DNA from: a bacterium
GTDB lineage: Bacteria > SAR324 > XYD2-FULL-50-16
Assembly: GCA_032250835.1 (NCBI GenBank)
Contig: JAVVEA010000015.1
Location: forward strand, 22,758 to 86,757
DNA: 64,000 nt
Direction of reading: 5' to 3'
Shown piece after piece: positions 8,951 to 19,081 of this stretch. How positions within the stretch are numbered: position 1 is the first letter of the stretch; each line of letters begins with the position of its first letter. Position numbers and translations under genes: made by a program. The notes below the pieces were generated by a model. That model saw only the letters and a program-made list of their open reading frames with translations, ran no database searches and was not told the origin of the DNA.

Positions 8951-11374
8951 ATGTCCGATCAAAACGAGTCAAAAATCATTAAGATCCCCATGTTGCCGAT
9001 GCGCAACATCGTGGTCTTCCCGCACATGACCACGCCTTTTTTTATCGGCCGCCAGCAGTCTATTGAAGCCCTCGAAGAAGCGCTCGCTAATGACCGGCGC
9101 ATTTTTGTGGTCGCTCAAAAAGACCCGATGATTGAAAAGCCCGGCGAAAACGACCTCTATGAAATCGGCACCGTCGGCTCGATTTTGCAGATCATGCGTC
9201 TACCCAACGGCACCATCAAGGCGCTCTTTGAAGCCCAGCAGCGGGGCCGCCGCAAAAAGGTGGAACTTGACGGGCCTAGTTATCAGGCCGAAGTAGAACT
9301 GCTAGATTGTGAGCCCGCCGAAACGACCGAAACCGTGGCTTTGGTCCGGTCGGTCAAAGACGAATTAAAAAACTTCCTCAAGCGCGTCACCAAAGGGATT
9401 GATTCGGCCGAAAAGATTCTTTCGGGCGACTACAACCCCGGTGAGATGGCCGATTTGATCGCGCCGCTTTTGACGCTAGAAATCCAGCGGCAGCAAGAAT
9501 TGCTGGCAGAGTTAAAAGACCAACGCCGCCTCGAATTGGTCTATTCGCGCATGCTTGAAGAAGAAGAGCATAAAAAGCTCGAGCAAAAGCTTAAGGAACG
9601 CGTCCAAGGCCAGATTGGCCGCACCCAAAAGGAGTATTACCTCAACGAGCAGATGAAGGCGATCCAAAAGGAACTGGGCGCCGAAGATGCCAAAGAGGAA
9701 TTTGACGAGTACGACGACAAGATCAGAGAAAGCGGCATGAGCGAGGCGGCCCGTGAAATGGCCCAGAAGGAGCTGAAGAAGCTCAAGTTAATGCCGCCTA
9801 TGTCTTCAGAAGCCAACATTGTGCGGACCTTTATCGATTGGTTGGTGACCGTCCCCTGGAAGGCTGAGACAGATGACAACCTTTCGGTGGACCATGCCCA
9901 GCAGATTTTAGATGAAGACCACCACGGCCTAGACAAGGTCAAGGAACGGATCATTGAATACATTGCCGTAGCCAACCGAGTAGGCAACCTGCGCGGGCCG
10001 ATCATCTGCTTGGTGGGCCCTCCGGGCGTTGGTAAAACCACTTTGGCCCGCAGTATTGCGCGGGCCATTGAGCGTAACTTTGTGCGCCTGTCCTTAGGTG
10101 GCGTGCGCGACGAAGCGGAAATCCGGGGCCACCGCCGCACCTACATCGGCGCGATGCCCGGCAAAATCGTCCAGAGCATGAAAAAAGCCAAGACCAACAA
10201 TCCGGTCATGTTGCTTGATGAAGTGGATAAGATGGGCCAAAGCCACCTGGGCGACCCTGCTTCGGCGCTGTTAGAGGTCTTGGACCCGGAGCAAAACAAA
10301 GAGTTTATGGACCATTACCTAGAGGTCGAATACGACCTTTCGAACGTAATGTTCATCTGCACCGCCAACAGCTACAGCGACATCCCCGGCCCGCTGATTG
10401 ACCGCTTAGAAGTGATCAACCTAGAGGGCTATTCGGAAATCGAAAAACACAAGATTGCCGAGAAGTATTTGGTGCCCCGCCAGCGCAAAGAAAATGGGTT
10501 GAATGAAGAGGATTTGGTCTTTACCCAAGAGGGTATCTTAGAGTCGATCCGCCACTATACCAAAGAAGCGGGGGTAAGGAACTTAGAACGGGTGATCGCA
10601 AAGCTTTGCCGTAAGGCGGTGACCGATCTGGTCAAAGACGAGAGCCAAGGCGTGATCACCGTCGATGGGGCCAAAGTGCGCGAGTATATGGGCGTCCATA
10701 AATACGATTCCGACAAGATCGACCAACACAACGAAATCGGGATCGTCAATGGCCTAGCTTGGACCAGCGTCGGCGGCGAGGTCCTGACCATCGAAGTCAA
10801 CGTCATGAAGGGCACCGGCAAGATCCAACTGACCGGTAAGTTAGGTGACGTGATGAAGGAATCGGCCCAGGCGAGCTTAAGCTTCATCCGCTCGAACGCC
10901 AATAGCCTAGGTATTTATTCTAAAGTATTCGGCGATTTGGACATCCATGTGCACGTGCCCGAAGGGGCTACGCCGAAGGACGGACCCTCGGCGGGTATCG
11001 CCATCACCACCGCGTTGGTTTCGGCCTTAACGGGCATCCCGATCCGCAAAGACGTGGCCATGACCGGTGAGATCACCTTGCGCGGGAAGGTGCTGCCCAT
11101 TGGCGGCTTAAAGGAAAAGCTGCTGGCCGCCAAACGCAACCGGATTGCGCAGGTGTTGATTCCCGTAGAAAACGAAAAGGAGCTAGTGGAAATCGACGCC
11201 GAAATCCGCGACGGCCTGACCATCCACTCGGTAGTGCATGTACGCCAAGCCCTCCAAGCGGCTCTAGAGCGCGAACCTCGACCAGTCGATGACAAAGAAC
11301 TAGAGGCAAACACCCCGGTCCCCATCCCCGAGGGCTCCGGTGCCTTTGGACAGATTTCGGCGAACCACCACTAG
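8951..11374 (+). CDS. lon: Endopeptidase La (Lon protease)
   Basis: LON N-domain, GPPGVGKT Walker [16 protein letters not shown] catalytic Ser, GGLKEK. Confidence 0.97.
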   Translation: MSDQNESKIIKIPMLPMRNIVVFPHMTTPFFIGRQQSIEALEEALANDRRIFVVAQKDPMIEKPGENDLYEIGTVGSILQIMRLPNGTIKALFEAQQRGRRKKVELDGPSYQAEVELLDCEPAETTETVALVRSVKDELKNFLKRVTKGIDSAEKILSGDYNPGEMADLIAPLLTLEIQRQQELLAELKDQRRLELVYSRMLEEEEHKKLEQKLKERVQGQIGRTQKEYYLNEQMKAIQKELGAEDAKEEFDEYDDKIRESGMSEAAREMAQKELKKLKLMPPMSSEANIVRTFIDWLVTVPWKAETDDNLSVDHAQQILDEDHHGLDKVKERIIEYIAVANRVGNLRGPIICLVGPPGVGKTTLARSIARAIERNFVRLSLGGVRDEAEIRGHRRTYIGAMPGKIVQSMKKAKTNNPVMLLDEVDKMGQSHLGDPASALLEVLDPEQNKEFMDHYLEVEYDLSNVMFICTANSYSDIPGPLIDRLEVINLEGYSEIEKHKIAEKYLVPRQRKENGLNEEDLVFTQEGILESIRHYTKEAGVRNLERVIAKLCRKAVTDLVKDESQGVITVDGAKVREYMGVHKYDSDKIDQHNEIGIVNGLAWTSVGGEVLTIEVNVMKGTGKIQLTGKLGDVMKESAQASLSFIRSNANSLGIYSKVFGDLDIHVHVPEGATPKDGPSAGIAITTALVSALTGIPIRKDVAMTGEITLRGKVLPIGGLKEKLLAAKRNRIAQVLIPVENEKELVEIDAEIRDGLTIHSVVHVRQALQAALEREPRPVDDKELEANTPVPIPEGSGAFGQISANHH

Positions 11375-12306
11375 TGAGCCCGCCGAAGATTTTGGTGTTG
11401 CTGGGTCCCACGGCTAGCGGAAAGACCGAATTCGGTCTGGCGCTGGCCCAGGCCTTAGACCTAGAGATCATCTCCGCTGATTCTATGCTGGTATATAAAG
11501 GCATGGACATCGGCACCGCTAAACCCAGCGCCGAGGAACGGGCGCTGGTTCCCCACCATTTGATCGACATCCTCACCCCAGACCAACCCTTTAATGCGGG
11601 CCTGTTCCAGCATTTATCTGACCAGGCCATTGGGGACATTATCGGGCGCGGCAAGAACGCGCTGTTGTTAGGGGGCACAAATCTATACCTGCGGGGCTTA
11701 GTAGACGGGTTGATCGAGATTCCAGCGGCTCCGGCGGAGATAAAAGAACCGATTTACCGTCAGTTAGAAGCCGAAGGGGTCGGCCCGTTGTACCAGCAAC
11801 TTAGCGCACTGGACCCCCTGGCGGCGGCGGAACTTCACCCGAACGACTCCAGCCGGATCGCCCGGGCTTTGGAGGTGTTCCGCTATACTGGGCGCTCGAT
11901 TAAATCCTGGCAGGCCGAACATGCCTTTGCCCAAAGTCGTTATCGGCCCTATTACCTCTGTGTTGATCGCAGCCGCGAGGAGTTGTACCAACGGATCAAC
12001 CGCCGGGTGGAGCTGATGGTTGCCGCCGGGTTGGTGCAAGAGGTTCAAGGGCTCTTAGAACAGGGCTATGATCCCAGCCTGCCCTCGATGCGGTCCATTG
12101 GCTATAAACAAGCGGTGGACTTCCTGATGCACCGGTGCGACGATGTCCAGATGGTCAGCCGAATCCAACAAGATTCGCGTCGTTTTGCCAAAAAACAACA
12201 GACCTGGATCCGGCAATTGCCACAGTTGCATGCCCAGCTTCCAGGTGCGCCTGAAGCCTCTTTACTGGCCGACTTGAAACGGTTTTTATTTGATGAAGAT
12301 CCCTGA
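11374..12306 (+). CDS. miaA: tRNA dimethylallyltransferase
   Basis: GPTASGKT, ISADSMLVYKGMDIGTAKP, PHHLID, SIGYKQ, FAKKQQTW. Confidence 0.95.
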   Translation: MSPPKILVLLGPTASGKTEFGLALAQALDLEIISADSMLVYKGMDIGTAKPSAEERALVPHHLIDILTPDQPFNAGLFQHLSDQAIGDIIGRGKNALLLGGTNLYLRGLVDGLIEIPAAPAEIKEPIYRQLEAEGVGPLYQQLSALDPLAAAELHPNDSSRIARALEVFRYTGRSIKSWQAEHAFAQSRYRPYYLCVDRSREELYQRINRRVELMVAAGLVQEVQGLLEQGYDPSLPSMRSIGYKQAVDFLMHRCDDVQMVSRIQQDSRRFAKKQQTWIRQLPQLHAQLPGAPEASLLADLKRFLFDEDP

Positions 12307-12862
12307 TTATAGCCCAGACCACTGGTTAGAATATCTCCGGCTTGATGACCAGAAATTACTGACCCGAGCCCGGCGTGATACCTATAAATCCAGCGGAAAG
12401 GGTGGGCAAAAGAAAAATAAAACCGAAAATGCTATCCGCTTGGTTTTGGGCCATCTTTTGGTTAGCGAGACGGGCTCTCGCAGCAAAGAAGAAAACCTGA
12501 TCGGGGCGGTGAGAAAGTTGCGGCTGGCAATTGCGCTGGACTTCCTTAAGGGCAGCGAACTCCGCAAGAGTTTAACGCAGCCGCCCGTTGAGGTGTTGCC
12601 CTATTTAAACCAGTCGGAACTGCGGATCAACCCTAAGAACCGGGCTTTCCCGTTCTTTGTGGGGTGGTTTTTGGACCGGTATCTCTTTAGGCGCGGCGAT
12701 TGGGAGGCGACCATCAAAGACTTGGGTACCACCAAGAGCCAAGCCAATAAGTTCGTCGAACGCAACCGCGCCCTGATGGGCGCTCTGGGGCAAGCAGATG
12801 AATATTTGCTGGTGTTGAACTTGATTGAGGGGACATCGGCCCCCACGAAACCGGTAGTTTAA
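12293..12862 (+). CDS. Peptide chain release factor-like (RF-1 domain, GGQ) protein
   Basis: YKSSGKGGQKKNKTENAIRL GGQ loop, then SRSKEENL..A...LRL.IA; about 190 aa. Confidence 0.75.
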   Translation: MKIPDYSPDHWLEYLRLDDQKLLTRARRDTYKSSGKGGQKKNKTENAIRLVLGHLLVSETGSRSKEENLIGAVRKLRLAIALDFLKGSELRKSLTQPPVEVLPYLNQSELRINPKNRAFPFFVGWFLDRYLFRRGDWEATIKDLGTTKSQANKFVERNRALMGALGQADEYLLVLNLIEGTSAPTKPVV

Positions 12863-12886
12863 GAGTTTGTCGTAAGGAGAAATCAC

Positions 12887-13813
12887 TTGCCCAAAGGGGC
12901 CGAAAATGGCACTCCAGAGGGAAGGAAACCCGCTTTAAACATGAAGACACAACGGATTAACAACCGAGTTTTGATTGCCGACGATGAGCGCAGCGTGCGC
13001 CTGTTGCTGAGCCAGTTTTTAGCCAAAAAAGGCTATGAAGTGCTCGATGCCAGCGACGGGAGTCAAGCTGTTGAGTTAGTTGAGCAACAAAGCCCCAATA
13101 TCTTGCTTCTTGATGTGTCCATGCCGGAAATGGACGGTTGGGAAGTCTGCCGGGATCTCCGCCAAGAATCCAATTACCCTCTGCTTTATATCATTTTGAT
13201 GACGGGGCATGATTCGCCCGAAGATCAGGCCCGCGCCGAAAGGGTCGGGGCCAATGCTTTCTTACCCAAACCCTGCGACTTAACCGACCTAACCAATCAA
13301 ATTCGTTTAGGTTTTAAAGAGTTAGAGTCCAGGCGCGCCGTTATGCTCGACGGATTGACCCACCTCTACAACCGCGACCAGTTTTTTAAAACCCTCAAAA
13401 CCTGCGAAAAGTCGATCCTGGAGGACGACGATGACCCCTGCGGTCTTTTGGTCTTTGACTTAGACCACTTCAAGCAAGTCAACGAAACCTTTGGCCATGA
13501 GATTGGCGACCAAGTCTTAGGGGACTTTGCCGAGATGTTGGGCCAAGCGACACGCAAAAACGACATTCCCGCTAGATTGGCCGGTGACCGCTTCGCGGTC
13601 TTATTGCCCGAAACGGGCAAAGAAGCGGCCATCATGATTGCCTCACGCATCCAGAAACGCTGCGTTGAGATGGAACTACCCGAAGGCATCAAACTCTCGG
13701 TCACCACTGGCGGGGCTTTTTTTGAAAGCAGCATCACCGATATGTTTGATCGAGCCGAATTGGCCCTCACCCAGGCCAAGTCCCAAGGGCGCGGGCTAGT
13801 CCAGACCCTTTAG
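12887..13813 (+). CDS. Response regulator receiver plus degenerate GGDEF domain
   Basis: LIADDE, LLDVSMPEMDG, FLPKP receiver; DGLTHLYNR, DLDHFKQVNETFGHEIGDQVL, RKNDIPARLAGDRF. TTG start has an AAGGAG SD. Confidence 0.85.
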   Translation: MPKGAENGTPEGRKPALNMKTQRINNRVLIADDERSVRLLLSQFLAKKGYEVLDASDGSQAVELVEQQSPNILLLDVSMPEMDGWEVCRDLRQESNYPLLYIILMTGHDSPEDQARAERVGANAFLPKPCDLTDLTNQIRLGFKELESRRAVMLDGLTHLYNRDQFFKTLKTCEKSILEDDDDPCGLLVFDLDHFKQVNETFGHEIGDQVLGDFAEMLGQATRKNDIPARLAGDRFAVLLPETGKEAAIMIASRIQKRCVEMELPEGIKLSVTTGGAFFESSITDMFDRAELALTQAKSQGRGLVQTL

Positions 13814-13844
13814 CGGAACCATAACGCCTGCTTGCAAGGTAACG

Positions 13845-15647
13845 ATGTCGATGAAACGAGCCTGGTTGATCTTTTGGTTTTTGGTCCTAGGCGGCTCCTG
13901 TGCCTGGGCCTTCAATCCGGCCCACCTCGACCAACTCGTTAAAGATAGAAAATGCCCCGGCTGCGATCTTTCCAGTTCCGCACTACAAGACGCCCAACTG
14001 GCCGGTGCCCAGATCCAAAACGCTAACCTCAGCCGCGCCAACCTAAACGGTGCCGACTTGACCGGTGCCGACCTGACTGGCGTCAACTACCAACAAACCT
14101 ATTTTGAGGCCGCCACCTGGACCAACGGGGAGGTCTGTAAAAAGGGCTCCTTTGGCAAGTGCATCACCGCCACCATGGAGAAGCTGCTCTCCGCTAAGAC
14201 CTGCCGAGATTGCTCCTTGCCCTTCGTCATGTTGCGAGATACCTACTTGCAAGGTGCTTTTCTGCGGGGAGTGGACTTAAGGGGAGCCAATTTAGAAAAG
14301 ACGGTTTTCGTTAACGCCAACCTTCAATTAGCCAATTTAACCGGAGCCGACCTGCGCAAAGCTAACTTGACCGGTGCGGAGATTAACGGGATTAAGTTAG
14401 AAGGGGCAAATCTGGTGGGTGCTCTTTGGATCAATGGGGAGCCCTGTGGTGATGGCTCCATAGGCATGTGCCTGACCCCCGAATGGGCCCAGCTGATAAA
14501 GGAAAAAAGCTGCAATAACTGTAGCTTGATCATGGTCAAAAAGCCCCAGTTGGACCTAGTCGGCGCACAGCTGATTGATTCTAACCTCCGAGAAGGCAAC
14601 TTCGCGGGCAGCAACTTCACCAACGCCAACCTATCCGGTACCGATTTTAGCCAGTCCGATTTGACCGGGGCCATTTTCAGCGGTGCTACCTTAGCGGGGG
14701 CTCGCTTTATCCAAGTTAGCTTCGGTGCCACCTACTTTAGAGGCACTAAATTTCAGGAAGTGCGTATTTCAGACGCCAAAATGGCCGGTTCGGACTTTAC
14801 GGGCGCTGAATTCGGCCAGTCCGAAATCATCGGCTCCGATTTAAGCGGCAGTAAATTCATGAACAGCAGCTTCCAGGGAGCTGATTTTACGGATAGTAAT
14901 CTAAATAAATCTATTTTCGAAAACCTAGAGTTGGGCAACGTCCGGCTCAACGGGGCTACCTGGGTTGACGGACAACAATGCCAGCAAGGCAGCCAAGGCT
15001 TTTGCGTGACTCCATCGGTGGTGCGGGCGATCAACCAAAAGGAGTGCCCTAAGTGCAGTCTGGTCTATGCCAACCTATCCTCACGGAACTTGACCCAGGC
15101 CAAGCTGGCTGGCTCGAAGTTCTATCGGGCCAAATTGATCGGTAGCGACCTGACCGGTGCGGACCTCTCAGGCGCCGACATGACCCAGGCGAATCTGACA
15201 AATTCAGACCTTGCCTTCGCGAACACTACCGGAACGCAGTTTACGGGAGCCCTCTGGCCCGACGGAGTTATTTGTCAGGAAGGCTCAGTGGGCAACTGTG
15301 TCCACGACACCTACAAGACCTTAATGGCGGACAAAAAATGTAAAGCCTGCAGCCTGCCCTTCATCAACCTAGAAGGTAAAAGCTTGGCTTGGTTTAACCT
15401 AAACGGTTCTAGTTTGATCGGCGCTAAATTAGGTAGGGCTAATCTTACCGGTGTTTTCTTGGAGAACACCAACCTTTCTAAAGCTGACCTACGCGGGGCC
15501 AGACTGGTGTCTGCGGACCTCACGGGAGCTAACTTGAAGGGGGCGAACCTAGAAGGGGCCGACCTTTCGGGGGCAACCTGGACCGATGGAAGCATCTGCC
15601 GCCCCCACTCGGTGGGAGAATGTTTGACTGAGAGGGCCGGCAAATGA
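13845..15647 (+). CDS. Secreted pentapeptide-repeat protein with five Cys-capped modules
   Basis: Signal peptide; A(N/D)LxG repeats; five CxxCxL...A(T/L)WxxGxxCxxxSxGxC units. Confidence 0.9.
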   Translation: MSMKRAWLIFWFLVLGGSCAWAFNPAHLDQLVKDRKCPGCDLSSSALQDAQLAGAQIQNANLSRANLNGADLTGADLTGVNYQQTYFEAATWTNGEVCKKGSFGKCITATMEKLLSAKTCRDCSLPFVMLRDTYLQGAFLRGVDLRGANLEKTVFVNANLQLANLTGADLRKANLTGAEINGIKLEGANLVGALWINGEPCGDGSIGMCLTPEWAQLIKEKSCNNCSLIMVKKPQLDLVGAQLIDSNLREGNFAGSNFTNANLSGTDFSQSDLTGAIFSGATLAGARFIQVSFGATYFRGTKFQEVRISDAKMAGSDFTGAEFGQSEIIGSDLSGSKFMNSSFQGADFTDSNLNKSIFENLELGNVRLNGATWVDGQQCQQGSQGFCVTPSVVRAINQKECPKCSLVYANLSSRNLTQAKLAGSKFYRAKLIGSDLTGADLSGADMTQANLTNSDLAFANTTGTQFTGALWPDGVICQEGSVGNCVHDTYKTLMADKKCKACSLPFINLEGKSLAWFNLNGSSLIGAKLGRANLTGVFLENTNLSKADLRGARLVSADLTGANLKGANLEGADLSGATWTDGSICRPHSVGECLTERAGK

Positions 15648-16549
15648 ACCAACCGGTAGAATTGCTGATCTTAGCGGCGGGCTTGGGTAGCCGCTACGGA
15701 GGGGATAAACAGCTCGATTCCTTTGGCCCTTCGGGGGAGAGCCTGATGGAATACGCCTTGTTTGATGCCAAGAAGGCCGGTTTCGAGCGGGTGGTTTTTG
15801 TGATCCGCCACGAGCTAGAAGAGCTTTTCGCTAAAAAGGTGTTGCGCCCCTACCGGGCTTGGTTTGAAGTGGATTATGTCTTTCAGGAGGTATCGGACCT
15901 ACCGACGGGTTTTGTTTTACCCGCCGGGCGCAGTAAGCCCTGGGGTACCGGTCACGCCGTCTGGTCTGCGCGGAACAAGATCCGCCATCCCTTTGCAGTG
16001 CTCAACGCGGACGACTTTTACGGCCCCGGTGGGTTTGCGCTGATGGCCGAATACCTGGGCCAACTGGGACCCTCAGACACCGACTTCGCCATGGCCGCCT
16101 ACCACTTAAAAAATACCCTTTCAGAGTTTGGCACCGTCAGTCGTGGCTTGATCGAGGCTCAAGACGGGTATTTGGTCCAGTTGAGCGAATGCACCCAGAT
16201 TGGCCGAAGGGAGCAAGGGATTTTTGATTTAACCGCCGAACCACCCCGTCCGCTAGACCCAGACCAGCCGGTGAGCATGAATTTTTGGGGCTTTTCACCG
16301 GCCATCTTTCAACTGCTAGAAGAAGGATTTACCCAATTCTTGAGTCACTCTAGTGCGGACCCAAAAGCTGAGTTTTTTATCACCACCCCCATAGACCAAG
16401 CGGTTCGCGAGCAAAAGGCCAGCGTTAAGCTGCTTGATTGTCGTGAACATTGGTTGGGCGTTACCCATCCACAAGACAAACCATTGGTTGTCGAGGGGCT
16501 TCGACGTAGGCACCAAGAAGGCCTCTACCCGCGCAACCTCGCCCCATAA
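15644..16549 (+). CDS. Sugar-phosphate nucleotidyltransferase (NTP_transferase family)
   Basis: LILAAGLGSRYGGDKQ, KPWGTGHA, NADDFYG, SMNFWGF. Confidence 0.85.
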   Translation: MNQPVELLILAAGLGSRYGGDKQLDSFGPSGESLMEYALFDAKKAGFERVVFVIRHELEELFAKKVLRPYRAWFEVDYVFQEVSDLPTGFVLPAGRSKPWGTGHAVWSARNKIRHPFAVLNADDFYGPGGFALMAEYLGQLGPSDTDFAMAAYHLKNTLSEFGTVSRGLIEAQDGYLVQLSECTQIGRREQGIFDLTAEPPRPLDPDQPVSMNFWGFSPAIFQLLEEGFTQFLSHSSADPKAEFFITTPIDQAVREQKASVKLLDCREHWLGVTHPQDKPLVVEGLRRRHQEGLYPRNLAP

Positions 16550-16573
16550 GTTTGGGGAAATAAGGAACTTACC

Positions 16574-17038
16574 ATGCTGTTGAGCGAATACATCCGTGCT
16601 GAATCGGTATACCTGGGGCTGCAAGCCACCGAAAGTCCGGCTGTTTTAGAAGAACTGGTGACCCAACTGGCCAGGGCCTTGCCGATTGAAGACCCCGCTT
16701 TGTTGACTGCCGCTTTGATTGAGCGTGAGGGACTTTCGACTACCGGCATCGGCAAAGGGATAGCCGTCCCTCATTGTAAGAGCGCCCAAGTCGAAGAACT
16801 GGTCATCTTGTTAGGCCGTAGCGCTCAGGGCGTTGAGTTTAAGTCTTTAGATGGCCAGCCGGTACGCCTCTTTTTCTTGCTGGTAGCGCCCATGTCTGCG
16901 GCCAGTACCCACCTAAAGGCATTGGCCAAGATTGCTCGGATGGCCAAACAAGAAGAGGTGATCCAACGCTTTTTGTCTTTGGAAACGGCCCCAGAGGTCT
17001 TTGCCTATCTCCAAGAGTTAGACCAACAAATGGATTGA
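16574..17038 (+). CDS. ptsN: PTS EIIA(Ntr)-type protein
   Basis: EREGLSTTGIGKGIAVPH phospho-His motif; FKSLDGQPV; HLKALAKIAR. Confidence 0.85.
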   Translation: MLLSEYIRAESVYLGLQATESPAVLEELVTQLARALPIEDPALLTAALIEREGLSTTGIGKGIAVPHCKSAQVEELVILLGRSAQGVEFKSLDGQPVRLFFLLVAPMSAASTHLKALAKIARMAKQEEVIQRFLSLETAPEVFAYLQELDQQMD

Positions 17039-17044
17039 ACCTTG

Positions 17045-17440
17045 ATGAAAATATTACTGATCACCCACGGCAATTTAGGCCAAGAGATGTTGGCCATTGC
17101 CCAGGAAATGTTAGAAAAAGATTTGAGTGCACGAGTCACAGCCATTGGGCTTCCCCTGCAAGGCAGCCATACTGACTTTGCTAAGGAGGTACATTTGGCG
17201 ATTGAATCGGTAGACCCGATGGACCGCGTGGTGGTCATGACCGACGTCTTTGGCGGTACCCCCTCTAACTTGGTCTTACCCTACCAGCAGGCCGGTCGGC
17301 TGGAGATGATTACGGGCTTGAACCTGGGGATGTTGATGCATCTGTTGACCCTCGACCTGAGCGGAAGCCTGGAAGATATCTCGCGGGAAATCAAGCGGGC
17401 CGGGCAAGAGGCGATTTTAGTTGCCGGAGATTTTCTGTGA
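17045..17440 (+). CDS. PTS EIIA mannose/fructose-family subunit
   Basis: LLITHGNLG, TDVFGGTPSN, ITGLNLGML. Confidence 0.9.
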   Translation: MKILLITHGNLGQEMLAIAQEMLEKDLSARVTAIGLPLQGSHTDFAKEVHLAIESVDPMDRVVVMTDVFGGTPSNLVLPYQQAGRLEMITGLNLGMLMHLLTLDLSGSLEDISREIKRAGQEAILVAGDFL

Positions 17441-17781
17441 AATCGGCCCCTTGGGCGTGGCGGTTGCTAGCGCGCCTGTTGGATTTGGCCCTGGTCGCCC
17501 TGTTGCACCAGATCGCTGGCTTGATGGTCCCGCTTGACTGGCCTTGGCTGTTTAGTTATCTGGGATACGAGCTTATGGTGCCCCTCTTAGGGGGGGTGAG
17601 TTTAGGCAAGTTCTTGACCGGACTCAAGGTGCAGCGCAACACCGAACAGACCGCGGCGGTTGGCCCTTTGGTGGCCCGTGAGCTGATTCTTTTCCTTTTA
17701 GGGCCCTTGGTGGCTTTGGGTGCCTGTCGAGGCCCTTGGTTACATGACCGAATCTTAGCGACTCAAGTGGTGCATGGCTAA
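17437..17781 (+). CDS. RDD-family membrane protein
   Basis: APWAWRLLARLLD, SLGKFLTGLKV, LHDRILATQVV. Confidence 0.85.
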   Translation: MKSAPWAWRLLARLLDLALVALLHQIAGLMVPLDWPWLFSYLGYELMVPLLGGVSLGKFLTGLKVQRNTEQTAAVGPLVARELILFLLGPLVALGACRGPWLHDRILATQVVHG

Positions 17782-19081
17782 ACAATACATTATCCGCTGT
17801 CCTATCCACGGGTCCATGGACTTCTCACCTCGTGAGATGACCTTGATCGACGGCCCCTTTTTTCAGCGCTTACGCCAAATCAGCCAATTGGGTTTTGCCT
17901 CCTTGGTCTTTCCAGCGGCGACCCATACCCGTTTTGCCCATAGCCTGGGGACGGCGCACTTGGCGGGGCGGGTCTTTGATCAGCTGGAATTAGGCTTGTC
18001 TCATGATTTGCGCGGAGACTATGAAGAAGAACAATTGGTCTACGCCCGCCAACTTCTGCGCTTTGCTGCGTTGTTGCATGATATCGGTCACCCGCCCTTT
18101 TCTCATGCCGCTGAATCGGTTTTACCCCCCCTTTCGGCCCTACCGGTTCCGCCTTATTTCGCGCCGGAGATAGACCGGCAAGCCACCCATGAGGACTATG
18201 GCTATGCGGTGATTTACCGTTTATACCAGGAGGGGGTCTTTGCCGAAGAAGAGGCTCGCGATTTGATCGCGGTGCTCTCGAAACGGGTCACGCCGAGCCC
18301 TAGGCTCAACGGGCGCAACGGAGAGGCTTTGATCTTCCCGCTGCTATGTCAGTTGATCAACGGAGAGATTGACGTGGACCGGATGGATTATCTGCTACGT
18401 GACGCCTATACTGCCGGGGTTCCCTATGGCCGTTTTGACTTAGACCGAATGATTGCCAGTATGTCCGTTTACCGGGCCGAAACAGGATACCACCTAGCGC
18501 TACGCGAAGATGACGTGGCGACCTACGAAAATTTTCTGCTGGCACGCCAACATATGTTCCAGCAAGTTTATTTCCACAAAACCTTAGGCGCCTTCACCCA
18601 CTACCTCAAGTGCGCCTTCGCGGGCGGCGAGGTGGCTTTGCAAATCAGCGGGGATTTAGACGAGTTTGTTGGCTTGACTGAAGCCAAGGTTCGTCAGGCC
18701 TTAGCCGAGGCCAAAGACCATAAATGGGCCGGTAAGATTCTGCGCCGTGAGCGCGCCAAGACGGTCCAACGGCTCCAGAGCGAAGACCCAGCGCACTTAG
18801 AAGAAGTTACCTGGGCCAAGGCAGTGCTGGACGAAGTGGGTATCGAGAGTTTCATTTCCACCTCGTCGAACCGGTTTTCTTCGCAAGTTAAAGGCCAGGC
18901 GGCGGATTCCACCACCTTGATGGTCTTAGTAAAACACTTCGGCCAGATCCAAGCCCGTCCTTTAGCGGACTGTTCTGGACTGCTTAAAGCCTGCGAAAGC
19001 AAAATATTGATCACCCAGTTATACGTAGAAGCCGCCGATTACCAAGGGGCGGTGCAAGCGATTCAAGAAAGGTTGCCATGA
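17774..19081 (+). CDS. HD-domain phosphohydrolase (SAMHD1/YwfO-like)
   Basis: FQRLRQISQLG, HTRFAHSLG, ALLHDIGHPPFSH, IDVDRMDYLLRD, QVYFHKT. Confidence 0.9.
   Translation: MAKQYIIRCPIHGSMDFSPREMTLIDGPFFQRLRQISQLGFASLVFPAATHTRFAHSLGTAHLAGRVFDQLELGLSHDLRGDYEEEQLVYARQLLRFAALLHDIGHPPFSHAAESVLPPLSALPVPPYFAPEIDRQATHEDYGYAVIYRLYQEGVFAEEEARDLIAVLSKRVTPSPRLNGRNGEALIFPLLCQLINGEIDVDRMDYLLRDAYTAGVPYGRFDLDRMIASMSVYRAETGYHLALREDDVATYENFLLARQHMFQQVYFHKTLGAFTHYLKCAFAGGEVALQISGDLDEFVGLTEAKVRQALAEAKDHKWAGKILRRERAKTVQRLQSEDPAHLEEVTWAKAVLDEVGIESFISTSSNRFSSQVKGQAADSTTLMVLVKHFGQIQARPLADCSGLLKACESKILITQLYVEAADYQGAVQAIQERLP

Noticed and set aside
9637-11678. Long antisense ORFs within lon and other conserved genes (also nuoL/M, PFOR, amtB, rpoN, and 58777..59472 over ihfB)
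   Set aside because: Shadow frames expected from codon bias opposite well-conserved genes; no motifs.
13845-15647. Multiheme cytochrome or Qnr/MfpA gyrase-protection protein
   Set aside because: CxxC motifs are followed by D/S-L rather than His, and the signal peptide argues against a cytoplasmic DNA mimic.
17774-19081. Anti-phage dNTPase defence system
   Set aside because: Embedded by overlaps in a housekeeping string with no defence or mobile neighbours; fits the ordinary HD family.
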